Shown here: in pieces, positions 18,786-26,952 of the stretch
How the letters are laid out: each line of letters begins with the position of its first letter
Position numbering within the stretch: the first letter of the stretch is position 1
NCBI GenBank assembly: GCA_034659475.1
Contig: JAYEHK010000155.1
Location: 1,279 to 65,278, forward strand
Reading direction: 5' to 3'
Source: Bacillota bacterium
GTDB lineage: Bacteria > Bacillota > Syntrophomonadia > Syntrophomonadales > Syntrophomonadaceae
Length of the DNA stretch: 64,000 nt
Notes under the pieces: model-generated
Seen by the model: only the letters and a program-made list of their open reading frames with translations
Database searches by the model: none
Told to the model about the DNA's origin: nothing
Program-made: the position numbers and the translations under genes

Positions 18786-19972
18786 GCTCTCTCCTCCTTT
18801 GACCTCTGTCCCATATGGGTATATACCGGTCCTGTCTCGCCGGTTTCAGCTATATCCGCCAACCGGTCAAAGACTTTTTCAATATCCTCGGTCTTTACAT
18901 CGCGGCCGCCCAGACCGTAAACGATATTAATCAGATACGGGCGATTCTTCAGATCATACAAGGCACTGCGAGTCTCGGCAAATAACGGACCGCCATTTGC
19001 CGAAAAGCCCTCGGACTTGTCCATGACAGCTACGGCCCTAGTACCTGCCAGCACATGGGCCAGTTCCTCACCCGGGAACGGGCGGAATACTCTGATCTTC
19101 ACAAGTCCTGCCTTTACGCCATCCTCCCGCAGTTTGTCAACAGCTGCTTTGGCCGTTCCGGCACTGGATCCAATCAAAACCACTGCAAACTCGGCATCCT
19201 CCATCCGATATTCTTCAAACAGGCCATAACGCCGTCCTGAAATCTTTTCAAAATCTGCAGCTACCTCAAGTATCCGTGCCTTGGCCGCCTTCATGGCCTC
19301 GGCCTGCATAACCTTGTGTTCCATATAATAGGGACTGATGTCGTACGGTCCTACCGCCAGCGGATTTTCCTTTTTCAGCAGATAGTTTTCAGGGTGATAT
19401 TCGCCGATAAACTCACGCACTGCATCCGTCTCCAAAAGCTCGATATTCTCTACGGCATGACTGGTAATGAAACCATCCATACAGGTCATCACCGGTAAGC
19501 GTATGCTCGCAGGCTCGCCGATAGGCATGGCCATGAGAAAATTATCATAGGCCTCTTGATTATTTTCGGCATAGATTTGGATCCAACCGGTATCACGAGC
19601 TCCCATAGAATCGGAGTGGTCGTTGTTTATGTTAATGGGTCCTGAAAGGGCCCGGTTGACGCAGGCCAGTGCTATAGGCAGACGGCATGAAGCCGCCACG
19701 TACAAAAGCTCGTACATCAGTGCCAGTCCACAAGATGAAGTAGCGCTGATGGTTCTGGCTCCTGCAGCCTGCGCCGCAATGCACACAGACATTGAACTGT
19801 GTTCAGACTCCACGGTTACATATTCAGTATCTACCTCGCCGTCGGCCACATAATTAGCGAAGTATTCAGGGATTTCTGTGGAGGGAGTGATCGGGAACGC
19901 TCCCATGACATCAGGATTTATCTGCTTCATGGCATAAGCTACAGCCTCGTTGCCGGAAATGCATTTGTTCAT
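18782..19972 (-). CDS. 2-oxoacid:ferredoxin oxidoreductase, alpha subunit
   Basis: MNKCISGNEAVAYAMKQINPDV...ITPSTEI is typical of PorA/VorA. The start at 19972 overlaps the delta stop (ATGA); the ORF track start at 20017 is probably too long. Confidence 0.9.
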   Translation of the reverse strand: MNKCISGNEAVAYAMKQINPDVMGAFPITPSTEIPEYFANYVADGEVDTEYVTVESEHSSMSVCIAAQAAGARTISATSSCGLALMYELLYVAASCRLPIALACVNRALSGPININNDHSDSMGARDTGWIQIYAENNQEAYDNFLMAMPIGEPASIRLPVMTCMDGFITSHAVENIELLETDAVREFIGEYHPENYLLKKENPLAVGPYDISPYYMEHKVMQAEAMKAAKARILEVAADFEKISGRRYGLFEEYRMEDAEFAVVLIGSSAGTAKAAVDKLREDGVKAGLVKIRVFRPFPGEELAHVLAGTRAVAVMDKSEGFSANGGPLFAETRSALYDLKNRPYLINIVYGLGGRDVKTEDIEKVFDRLADIAETGETGPVYTHMGQRSKEERA

Positions 19973-20277
19973 TTTACCGCACCTCCAGTCACCATTGTAA
20001 TCGCATTGAAGGGACACACGTTCTCACAGATGCCGCAACCCTTGCAGTGCATATAGTCGAATTCCAGACGTTTCCCGTCCTTTACTGGAATGGCGCTGTC
20101 CGGGCAAAATGGAATACAAAGCATACAGTGTTTACAGGCTTCCTCGTGAAAAATGGGCGTGTTGGTCCGCCAGGCACCCGTATTAAAATCCCTTGCGGTT
20201 CCCGGTTCATATATCTCTCCGCCGGGGGTCAGATCCTGCCAGGGAGTACGTTCATTGATATCCTTTGCATGAATCAT
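19969..20277 (-). CDS. 2-oxoacid:ferredoxin oxidoreductase, delta subunit (2x[4Fe-4S] ferredoxin)
   Basis: Two CxxCxxCxxxCP motifs (CKHCMLCIPFCP; CKGCGICENVCP). Confidence 0.9.
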   Translation of the reverse strand: MIHAKDINERTPWQDLTPGGEIYEPGTARDFNTGAWRTNTPIFHEEACKHCMLCIPFCPDSAIPVKDGKRLEFDYMHCKGCGICENVCPFNAITMVTGGAVK

Positions 20278-20858
20278 CCTATCTGCACCTCCTCCATGGA
20301 TTTTTTCAGTGTTGCCATGTTCCCCTCGATAACCTGTGGCTTGTCTGCAAATTTATGTTGAAAGGATTCTTCTATATGCGCTAAAAAAGGCTCGGTTTCC
20401 AAAACGCCGCTCACCTTGACCACTGCGGCCAGCATAGGGGTATTGGGAAAGTTTCGGCCCAGAATTTCTTCCGAAATACGGCGGGCATCTATGGTGCAGA
20501 CTTTTCCCATCCATCCCCGCAGCCTGGGACGCATCTCGCTGGGAGAGCCGGTCGTGTTAATGATGATCGCACCGTCTTCTTTCAGTCCTCCGGTAACATC
20601 TACGCTGTCCAGCAGACTGTCATCTACCACAACCACATAGTCCGGATAGTATATATTGGAATGGATATTACAGCGTTTTTCACTAATGCGATTATAAGCC
20701 GTAATAGGGGCTCCCATACGTTCCGGTCCATACTCCGGAAATCCCTGCACGAATTTCCCTTCTAAGCCAGCCACATCTGCCAACAGCAGACAGGCCGTCT
20801 TGGCTCCCTGTCCACCCCGGCCATGCCAGCGAATTTCTACCATATCATTTGTTGCCAT
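20274..20858 (-). CDS. 2-oxoacid:ferredoxin oxidoreductase, gamma subunit
   Basis: EIRWHGRGGQGAKTACLLLA... is typical of PorG. GGAGGGAG RBS. The gene order gamma-delta-alpha-beta has 4-nt overlaps. Confidence 0.9.
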   Translation of the reverse strand: MATNDMVEIRWHGRGGQGAKTACLLLADVAGLEGKFVQGFPEYGPERMGAPITAYNRISEKRCNIHSNIYYPDYVVVVDDSLLDSVDVTGGLKEDGAIIINTTGSPSEMRPRLRGWMGKVCTIDARRISEEILGRNFPNTPMLAAVVKVSGVLETEPFLAHIEESFQHKFADKPQVIEGNMATLKKSMEEVQIG

Positions 20859-20887
20859 TGCTTCTCCCTCCAGTCATTATGATTCAT

Positions 20888-21130
20888 AAATAAAAAAGCT
20901 TCCGTCCCACAAAGGGACGAAAGCCTGAAAGACATTCGCTATACCACCCACTGAATACAAGCATACTATCATATGCGTTCCCTGTGACGGGGAAAACCGT
21001 CGGAGCCTACTGGATTATATCGTTCGGTCCGCAGCTCAGGAGTGATTTTCGGGTTCAAACTACTGGTACCGGGCTTGCACCACCCCCGGCTCGCTGAAAC
21101 GTTCGGCTGAAACGTACTCTCTCCGTCAAT
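20888..21130 (-). promoter_or_regulatory. T-box riboswitch leader (probable AUC/Ile specifier) with an intrinsic terminator, upstream of the oxidoreductase operon
   Basis: The minus strand shows, in order: TGACGGAGAGAGTA; CAGCGAG-CCGGG-GGTGGTGCAAG-CCCGG (AG bulge and distal loop); GAAAATCA-CTCC (specifier loop); GACGG-TTTTCC-CCGTC; ATTCAGTGGGTGGTATAGCGAA (T-box sequence, plus 20941-20962); and the terminator GCTTTCGTCCC-TTTGT-GGGACGGAAGC-TTTTTTATTT (plus ~20888-20925). Confidence 0.8.
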
Positions 21131-21435
21131 GCCTTTAAGATTTTTAAATTATAAATAACTATACCCACTTGACCGTGTTTTGTCAATCACTGTTTCTGAT
21201 TTTCAAGTAATTACAAAATCGCAAAATACAGGAGATAGCAGGTGAACCATCTCCATATCTTTACCCTGTCTTTACAGAAAAAGAAAACCTCCCCAACCGA
21301 ACTCCAAAGAGTTCAGCATATTGAAGAGGCAATGTTAATTTCTATGTAGAAATAGCCTGTACAATCACAAACTGATTTTTCCAGCTGTTTACTGTGCAAG
21401 GGAACTTCTTGACTATAATCTGTCAGTTGTTATGG

Positions 21436-21849
21436 TTAAGCAACTAAGTCCTCGTGGCCAGCTTCTTTAAGAGCTTCAGTATATAGCTTGTAGACAGGTT
21501 TTAGATTCGGCACCAGTTTCAGCATATCGGTTACAGCGCCCTGAGTTTTTATTTTCCCCTGGAAGGTGGCCATCATTAAATTGATTTTGCCTTGCCAGAA
21601 TTTGTTGAAAATATCATCGTTTTGAATTGATGTACAGTCTATCTTGATATCTGTTGGGCCGTATATAGCCTCTATTTTCCCATATAAATTCAAGGTAATG
21701 AAAGCATCCAGGTTAGGAACACTCAGTGCAACAGCTATGTTGGCACCAGACAGTTTTTTCTTCAATTCCTGATTATTTTGTACTTTGTCCATCATTATTC
21801 TAAAAACATCATAAATCTCTTCTGCATTTTTATACGCCATGTTAAACAC
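21436..21849 (-). CDS. SCP2 (sterol-carrier-like) domain protein
   Basis: 137 aa. The pattern ...FQGKIKTQGAVTDMLKLVPNLKPVY resembles the SCP2 C-terminal GKLKIxGDMxxAMKL motif. The assignment is moderate. Confidence 0.5.
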   Translation of the reverse strand: MFNMAYKNAEEIYDVFRIMMDKVQNNQELKKKLSGANIAVALSVPNLDAFITLNLYGKIEAIYGPTDIKIDCTSIQNDDIFNKFWQGKINLMMATFQGKIKTQGAVTDMLKLVPNLKPVYKLYTEALKEAGHEDLVA

Positions 21850-21976
21850 TCCTTATTTTTTTGTTTTATATTCATTTCGCAAATTGCAAATAAGTTCTAG
21901 CGAACGATTTTGGTGCACCTGTTAGATATAATTTAATATCATTTTGTGTTCCTTGTAAAATTAGTTATTCTTAATA

Positions 21977-22189
21977 TTATAATAAGTAGGGACCTATACC
22001 AGCGCCAACAGAGAATGTCTCCACTGTCACGCAATGTCCCTTTTTCACCCTTGCTACTATTCCTCGATTAACCTCAAAATGAGATGCAATATGACGGATT
22101 GATAAACTGTAGTTATTTCGTAGTTTGTTAATAATCTCGTTTCTTAATCCAGCATTATTCTCTATACAAAATAGTTCAGTATGTAGCTT
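21977..22189 (-). pseudogene. Second HTH-only remnant of the same transposase-like family
   Basis: An open frame without any start codon: ...NNAGLRNEIINKLRNNYSLSIRHIASHFEVNRGIVARVKKG... It aligns with the 59-262 fragment (RNRLLIELKAHGLSIRQLARLTGVSKGIIEKAW). Confidence 0.4.
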
Positions 22190-22249
22190 TTATTAAGCAG
22201 AATCCTGGATTTCTAATAGAATTAAGCCAGAATGCACCGCCCGATTTTT

Positions 22250-23656
22250 CTATTTATCTGAATAAAAGAATACCGTGAGATTTCCTTCGTCCGCAATCAC
22301 ACCGTATTCATATCCATGAAGCTCCAGAACGTTTTTGACGATGCTCAGTCCCAACCCGTGACCGCCCATACCGCGGTTACGGGATTTTTCGCTTCTGTAA
22401 TAGCGTTCAAACATTCGAGCGGCATCGCCCCGGGGAACATCCACGCCCGAGTTCGTAACAGACACCTTGCATCGATCTCTTTCAGCTTCAGCCATGACCG
22501 TGATTTCAGCTCCGTTGGAGGAGTATTGGATTGCATTGCTCAGAAGGTTTATCATAACTCTCTTCATTTTTTCGTAGTCGGCATTAACATTGAGTTCCGT
22601 TGTTTCCACTATCAGTGACATAGATCTGTCAATTATCTGGGCTCTGAATTTGTCGGCAGTGTTTTTGATTAAATCGGAAATATCAAAGTCTCTTTTATTT
22701 AATCCGTAATTCCCGCTTTCAAGTCTTGTAAGCTCAAGTGTATTCCGCACAAGCTCATCAAGACCGTCAACCTCATCTGAGATCGCGTTCAGATAATATT
22801 CGGCGGGCTTGCTTCCCACGCCGTCATTCAGAACTTCAATAAATCCGGAGATAATACCCAGAGGCGTTTTGAATTCGTGGGACATATCCATAAGCAGATC
22901 GCGCATTCTTTCCTCGTCGCTGGCCTTTGTCAGTGCATATTCGTCCAGCTGTTTGTTTTTGTCTTCAAGCTTTGCAATAGATTCGGAAAGATTTTTGGAA
23001 ATCATATTTATGTTGTCCGACAGCTCTTCAAGTTCGTCTCCGGTGTGAATGGATGTAGAAATTGAAAAATCCTCATTTGCAATTGCCCCGGCACTGCGGT
23101 TAAGCTGCAGCAGGGGTTTGGTGAACCAGCGCGAATAGATAAGTGACAGCACGATAATCAGCAAAATCTGCAGTGCAAAAATATAATAATAGTATCGGCT
23201 CACAAATTTAAACGGTCGTCCCAGTTCCTGAATTTCAAAAATGGTAATCGCGTTGATGTCTGTTCCGTCAAGCCTTGCTATAAGTACTGAATAATGAACG
23301 CCGGATTCCTCATCGGTAAAATCGTATTCTGTGCTGTTGCTGTACAAATTTGAATGGAGTTCATTCCTCACAGTATCAAGCTCATCTTCAATAAGTACGT
23401 TGCCTATTTCGTTAAACAGCCGCGTTGCCCGGTAACGCGAAACACCGCTGCTGCGGTTATGCCCCGTCAGAGCTTCACATGTACCGCTTATTGTCCTTGT
23501 GATGCCAATTTGCTTGTAATAGTGCTCATATATCGCCTGGGAATAATCGCTGAAATATTCATAACCTTCGCCTGCAATTTTCAAGCCGAGATAATATTCG
23601 GTGCCAGGCATTTGCATACAGTCAACAAATCCTGTATTCAAGCCATTTCTTGACAC
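22250..23656 (-). CDS. Sensor histidine kinase (HAMP-HisKA-HATPase), orphan and apparently lacking the first TM segment
   Basis: H-box MSHEFKTPLGIISG, N-box LLSNAIQYS, G-boxes GHGLGLSIV. There is a single TM before HAMP (YIFALQILLIIVLSLIY). GTG start, and no adjacent response regulator. Confidence 0.8.
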   Translation of the reverse strand: MSRNGLNTGFVDCMQMPGTEYYLGLKIAGEGYEYFSDYSQAIYEHYYKQIGITRTISGTCEALTGHNRSSGVSRYRATRLFNEIGNVLIEDELDTVRNELHSNLYSNSTEYDFTDEESGVHYSVLIARLDGTDINAITIFEIQELGRPFKFVSRYYYYIFALQILLIIVLSLIYSRWFTKPLLQLNRSAGAIANEDFSISTSIHTGDELEELSDNINMISKNLSESIAKLEDKNKQLDEYALTKASDEERMRDLLMDMSHEFKTPLGIISGFIEVLNDGVGSKPAEYYLNAISDEVDGLDELVRNTLELTRLESGNYGLNKRDFDISDLIKNTADKFRAQIIDRSMSLIVETTELNVNADYEKMKRVMINLLSNAIQYSSNGAEITVMAEAERDRCKVSVTNSGVDVPRGDAARMFERYYRSEKSRNRGMGGHGLGLSIVKNVLELHGYEYGVIADEGNLTVFFYSDK

Positions 23657-23709
23657 CGTGTTTGTTACCTTAATCTTGTGTAAGAGATAGTCAATATAGA
23701 CAACAGAGA

Positions 23710-25038
23710 CTAACTTTCTTGAAATGCAGCAATATTCCTATCCGTAAATCTCAATGTTTCGATGTTTCTCAATTCTGCAGCGCCGTCTCTGCCGATTACC
23801 GTATCATTTACAGTTATGCCGTTTGAAGTGCTTTCTATCTTGTATTCATCTGACGAACCACGGAATTGAACGGTATCGTTTCCGCCCCGGCCATCGATTT
23901 TGTTGCTGCCGCTGTTACCCATCAGCACATTGTCGAGGTCGTTTGCAGTAATATTGCTGTCGTTTGCACCCTGTAGCGCTATGCACTGCAAATACTGTGA
24001 TTTTGCAGTATAGGGCAATGTTTTGTCATATTCCATTATGAAATCGCCTGTAAAAGAGGGATCGACTCGCATCATCCGGGTAATATTTTCCGTTAGGAAG
24101 CTTTCCAGCGCGGCTTTTCCAACGGGATCTTTACGGGCAATTTCCGCTCGGTTTTTTGCGACATAACTGCCCCACATACTGCCTTCGCCCTCGGTCCATG
24201 GCTCCCAAATTCCGTAATAGCAGTCGATAACAGCAGCGATATATTCCTGTTCCAGTGAACCTTCCTTCTCCCATTCCCTGGCCAACCGTCCTGCTTTAAG
24301 CGCCCAAAGCCCCTTTTCGCCCCAATCTTTACTGTCCCCGGGGGAAGCGTTTATCATTGCATTGGCTATTATTTGGGTTATTTCAGGTGCTGCTCCGGGA
24401 TTTTGCGTTGTGCCTATGCCATTATCATGCACCAGGTGAAATATTTCCTCAAAGGATGCGTCGCGATGAGTAAAATCACAGTCTATATACCACTTGGAAC
24501 CAACGTTGGCAATTTCCGCATAATTAAGATTCTGACCGAGTGTCATGGCCGCCAAGGGCGTTTTACCGTCACGGTCGGCACCGTTCGGAAGAATCAACAC
24601 GGCATTTTTTTCCGCCATTCTGTTTGCAATTTCGTTTTTATCGATTTTATCGGTGCTTGTCAGATAGAAGCTTAGCATATCATAGGCGTAAAGCAACTGT
24701 TCATCATTTACTTCATTCATTGCCAGAAGACAAATGGGCTTTCCGTTCGGTGCCGTATAATTAATATATTTGCTGTAATATTTTTCAGCTGTACCGCCAA
24801 GCTCGTCTGTACTTCTCACAATGTCATACTCGTCGGCATAGTCCTCGTAATCAGGGTTGGTAATCTTCTGTGATGCCTTCCAGTCAGGCACTGTAAGCTC
24901 GTCAGCAGGTACTTTTGTGAACCCTGGATTTAAAATCTTCCACCCCAGGATACACAAAGCAAGCATAAAAACCACCGCAAGAATACCGGCAATTACTTTT
25001 CTCATATTGTTTAGCCTCCTTGTTTTTTCTGTTTTCAT
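23710..25038 (-). CDS. Membrane-anchored extracytoplasmic protein with a C-terminal RTX-like calcium-binding repeat
   Basis: N-terminal anchor VIAGILAVVFMLALCILGW. The C-terminus has LMGNSGSNKIDGRGGNDTVQF (GGxGxD-type nonapeptides). The central ~300 aa are unrecognised. Confidence 0.6.
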   Translation of the reverse strand: MKTEKTRRLNNMRKVIAGILAVVFMLALCILGWKILNPGFTKVPADELTVPDWKASQKITNPDYEDYADEYDIVRSTDELGGTAEKYYSKYINYTAPNGKPICLLAMNEVNDEQLLYAYDMLSFYLTSTDKIDKNEIANRMAEKNAVLILPNGADRDGKTPLAAMTLGQNLNYAEIANVGSKWYIDCDFTHRDASFEEIFHLVHDNGIGTTQNPGAAPEITQIIANAMINASPGDSKDWGEKGLWALKAGRLAREWEKEGSLEQEYIAAVIDCYYGIWEPWTEGEGSMWGSYVAKNRAEIARKDPVGKAALESFLTENITRMMRVDPSFTGDFIMEYDKTLPYTAKSQYLQCIALQGANDSNITANDLDNVLMGNSGSNKIDGRGGNDTVQFRGSSDEYKIESTSNGITVNDTVIGRDGAAELRNIETLRFTDRNIAAFQES

Positions 25039-25236
25039 AATGAAAGTATAAGTCCTCTGTGTATCCTCCGCGTACCCATTTTAGATTTTTGCGAAAAAAT
25101 CAGGCGATGCTACGATGCACCTCCCCGGAAGCAAAAGGGACGTCCCTTTTTGTTTTATCCAAAAGCATAAAAGAACAGATAGTTTTCCACTCGCTCTTGT
25201 AATATTTATTTGGTGGAAACCGGGGAGCAGACAGGT

Positions 25237-25299
25237 GGACAGATGAACCATCCCCCTGTCTGTATGTGTTATGTTACAAAAAGAACGTCCCGGTGTAAC
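25237..25299 (+). repeat. Bipartite repeat (GGACAGATGAACCATCCCC ... AAAGAACGTCCCGGTGTAAC), upstream copy
   Basis: Same two boxes in the same order and orientation as 26886-26936, flanking the 525-aa ORF. Confidence 0.6.
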
Positions 25300-25339
25300 G
25301 CGCCGGTATGGTATGATTTATAGAAAACCAAATGAAAGG

Positions 25340-26848
25340 ATGATTCTGTTGAAACATATCATTTCCTTAATTCTTGCAATAACAATGACATGTTCTTTGC
25401 TGACGTATGACGTATCGGCTGCGAACAATTCTGTAAGTATTACAATCCCGTCGTTCCAAGTGACTGTTAATGACCGAACCGTTGACAGCACACAGCTGCA
25501 GTATCCCCTGATCGTTTACAACGACATTACATATTTTCCTCTAACATGGAAATGGTGCCGTGAACTGGGGCTGGCTTCCAGCTACACCAACGAAGATGGT
25601 CTGTATATTGCTAACTATACCTCTGAAAGTCAAGATACATTGGATGATGGCAGCTATCAGGCAGCGGGCACCCAATATACTGCCGTAATTCCCATTTATC
25701 CGGTTTATATCAATGGACAGCAAATTGACAATAACAAGGAAGAGTATCCGCTTCTTAATTTCCGTAATATCACCTATTTCCCTCTGACCTGGCGTTTTGT
25801 CGCAGATGAATTTGGCTGGGACGAATCCTGGAGCAATACGTCCGGCTATAAACTGTATACGCACGGCAGCGCAGCAGAATATCCTCCAGGTACGCATTAC
25901 TATAGTGAAAGCTTCTTTCCGCTGGAAAACTACCGGGACTACTTAATCACGGAGAAGGTGCGTGAAGAGCGGTCTATCAATACCCAGCCTAGCGAACATG
26001 GAACCTATAGTGACAAGTATGAAGGCAGAACGTACAGCTATTACAAACTGGACTATGCCACCGACACACTGACCCAAACTGCGTCTGAAGAAACAGCAGA
26101 CACACCATATAATTCGGGTGCTGTCAGTGGCGAAAACGTTGATGATTTGTTCTGCGGGAACAGCAGCATCCTTTGCTTCAAAGACAGCCCATTACTGGAT
26201 CTGACAGAAGATGCCGGGACTGGCAACGCCATTGACAGAGTGTATGCGACAAAGCATTCCATTAATGGTATGACCGTTTACATGACTTTTGTGCTGTTCA
26301 CACAAGACAACAGAAGCATCCCGGCTCCATATACGCCGCGTAAGTACTACGCATTTATCGACAAGGGTGATGGCGTTCTGCATCAGGTGGATAGCTGGCC
26401 CACAGATCAGATTCTGTCGGCGGTCTATCCCTGCGGAACAGATGGTGTCTATCTCTGCTCAACCGGTCGTATCTTTGGGAGCACCCGCTATAACAATGGG
26501 AGGGGCTGGATCTGCATCGTCAACGCTGACTTTTCAGTGACAACACTGAATGGACGGTGGGAAGATTGGAATAGTCTTGATGCTGTTGGAATGGATGATG
26601 CAGGTAACCTGTATCTCCTGAATACCTGGTTTCCTGACTATGACCTTGCAAACAGAACACAGGGTACTGTAAGCCCCATCAACGACGGCTATTTCCGCCT
26701 TAGTTTAGACGGTAAGCTTACAAAGATCTATCCCTTTGTTAAGGCAGATCAGATATTTGTTACCCCTTCCGGTGAAATCTACATTGATGCAGATTGGATT
26801 GATCCAATATTGCATTTGCAGACCGGTACATGGATCAAGCCGGATTAA
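25340..26848 (+). CDS. Secreted protein with two copper-amine-oxidase-N-like (stalk) repeats and a C-terminal beta-rich domain
   Basis: Signal peptide MILLKHIISLILAITMTCSLLTYDVSA. Duplicated motif YPLIVYNDITYFPLTWKWCRELGL / YPLLNFRNITYFPLTWRFVADEFGW. The track start at 25271 reads through the upstream repeat; 25340 (ATG) or 25349 (TTG) is more plausible. Confidence 0.6.
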   Translation: MILLKHIISLILAITMTCSLLTYDVSAANNSVSITIPSFQVTVNDRTVDSTQLQYPLIVYNDITYFPLTWKWCRELGLASSYTNEDGLYIANYTSESQDTLDDGSYQAAGTQYTAVIPIYPVYINGQQIDNNKEEYPLLNFRNITYFPLTWRFVADEFGWDESWSNTSGYKLYTHGSAAEYPPGTHYYSESFFPLENYRDYLITEKVREERSINTQPSEHGTYSDKYEGRTYSYYKLDYATDTLTQTASEETADTPYNSGAVSGENVDDLFCGNSSILCFKDSPLLDLTEDAGTGNAIDRVYATKHSINGMTVYMTFVLFTQDNRSIPAPYTPRKYYAFIDKGDGVLHQVDSWPTDQILSAVYPCGTDGVYLCSTGRIFGSTRYNNGRGWICIVNADFSVTTLNGRWEDWNSLDAVGMDDAGNLYLLNTWFPDYDLANRTQGTVSPINDGYFRLSLDGKLTKIYPFVKADQIFVTPSGEIYIDADWIDPILHLQTGTWIKPD

Positions 26849-26885
26849 CTGATGTTAGTAAAAGAATGATTGAAACAGCTTAGGG

Positions 26886-26936
26886 GGACGGATGAACCGT
26901 CCCTCTTTCTTCCCCGAAAGAACGTCCCGGTGTAAC
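26886..26936 (+). repeat. Bipartite repeat (GGACGGATGAACCGTCCC ... AAAGAACGTCCCGGTGTAAC), downstream copy
   Basis: Direct repeat of 25237-25299. The first box is itself a perfect palindrome, GGGACGG-ATGAA-CCGTCCC. Confidence 0.6.
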
Positions 26937-26952
26937 CGGTGTAATCTGTCTG

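Noticed and set aside
21001-21013. An alternative T-box specifier GUA (Val) in CCAGUAGG-CUCCG
   Set aside because: This pairing of CGGAG with CUCCG would make stem I about 130 nt with a 15-nt specifier loop. The GGAG/CUCC closure, which gives GAAAAUCA, matches the canonical stem I length and the GAA-NNN-A context much better. I kept it only as a caveat, because it was folded by hand.
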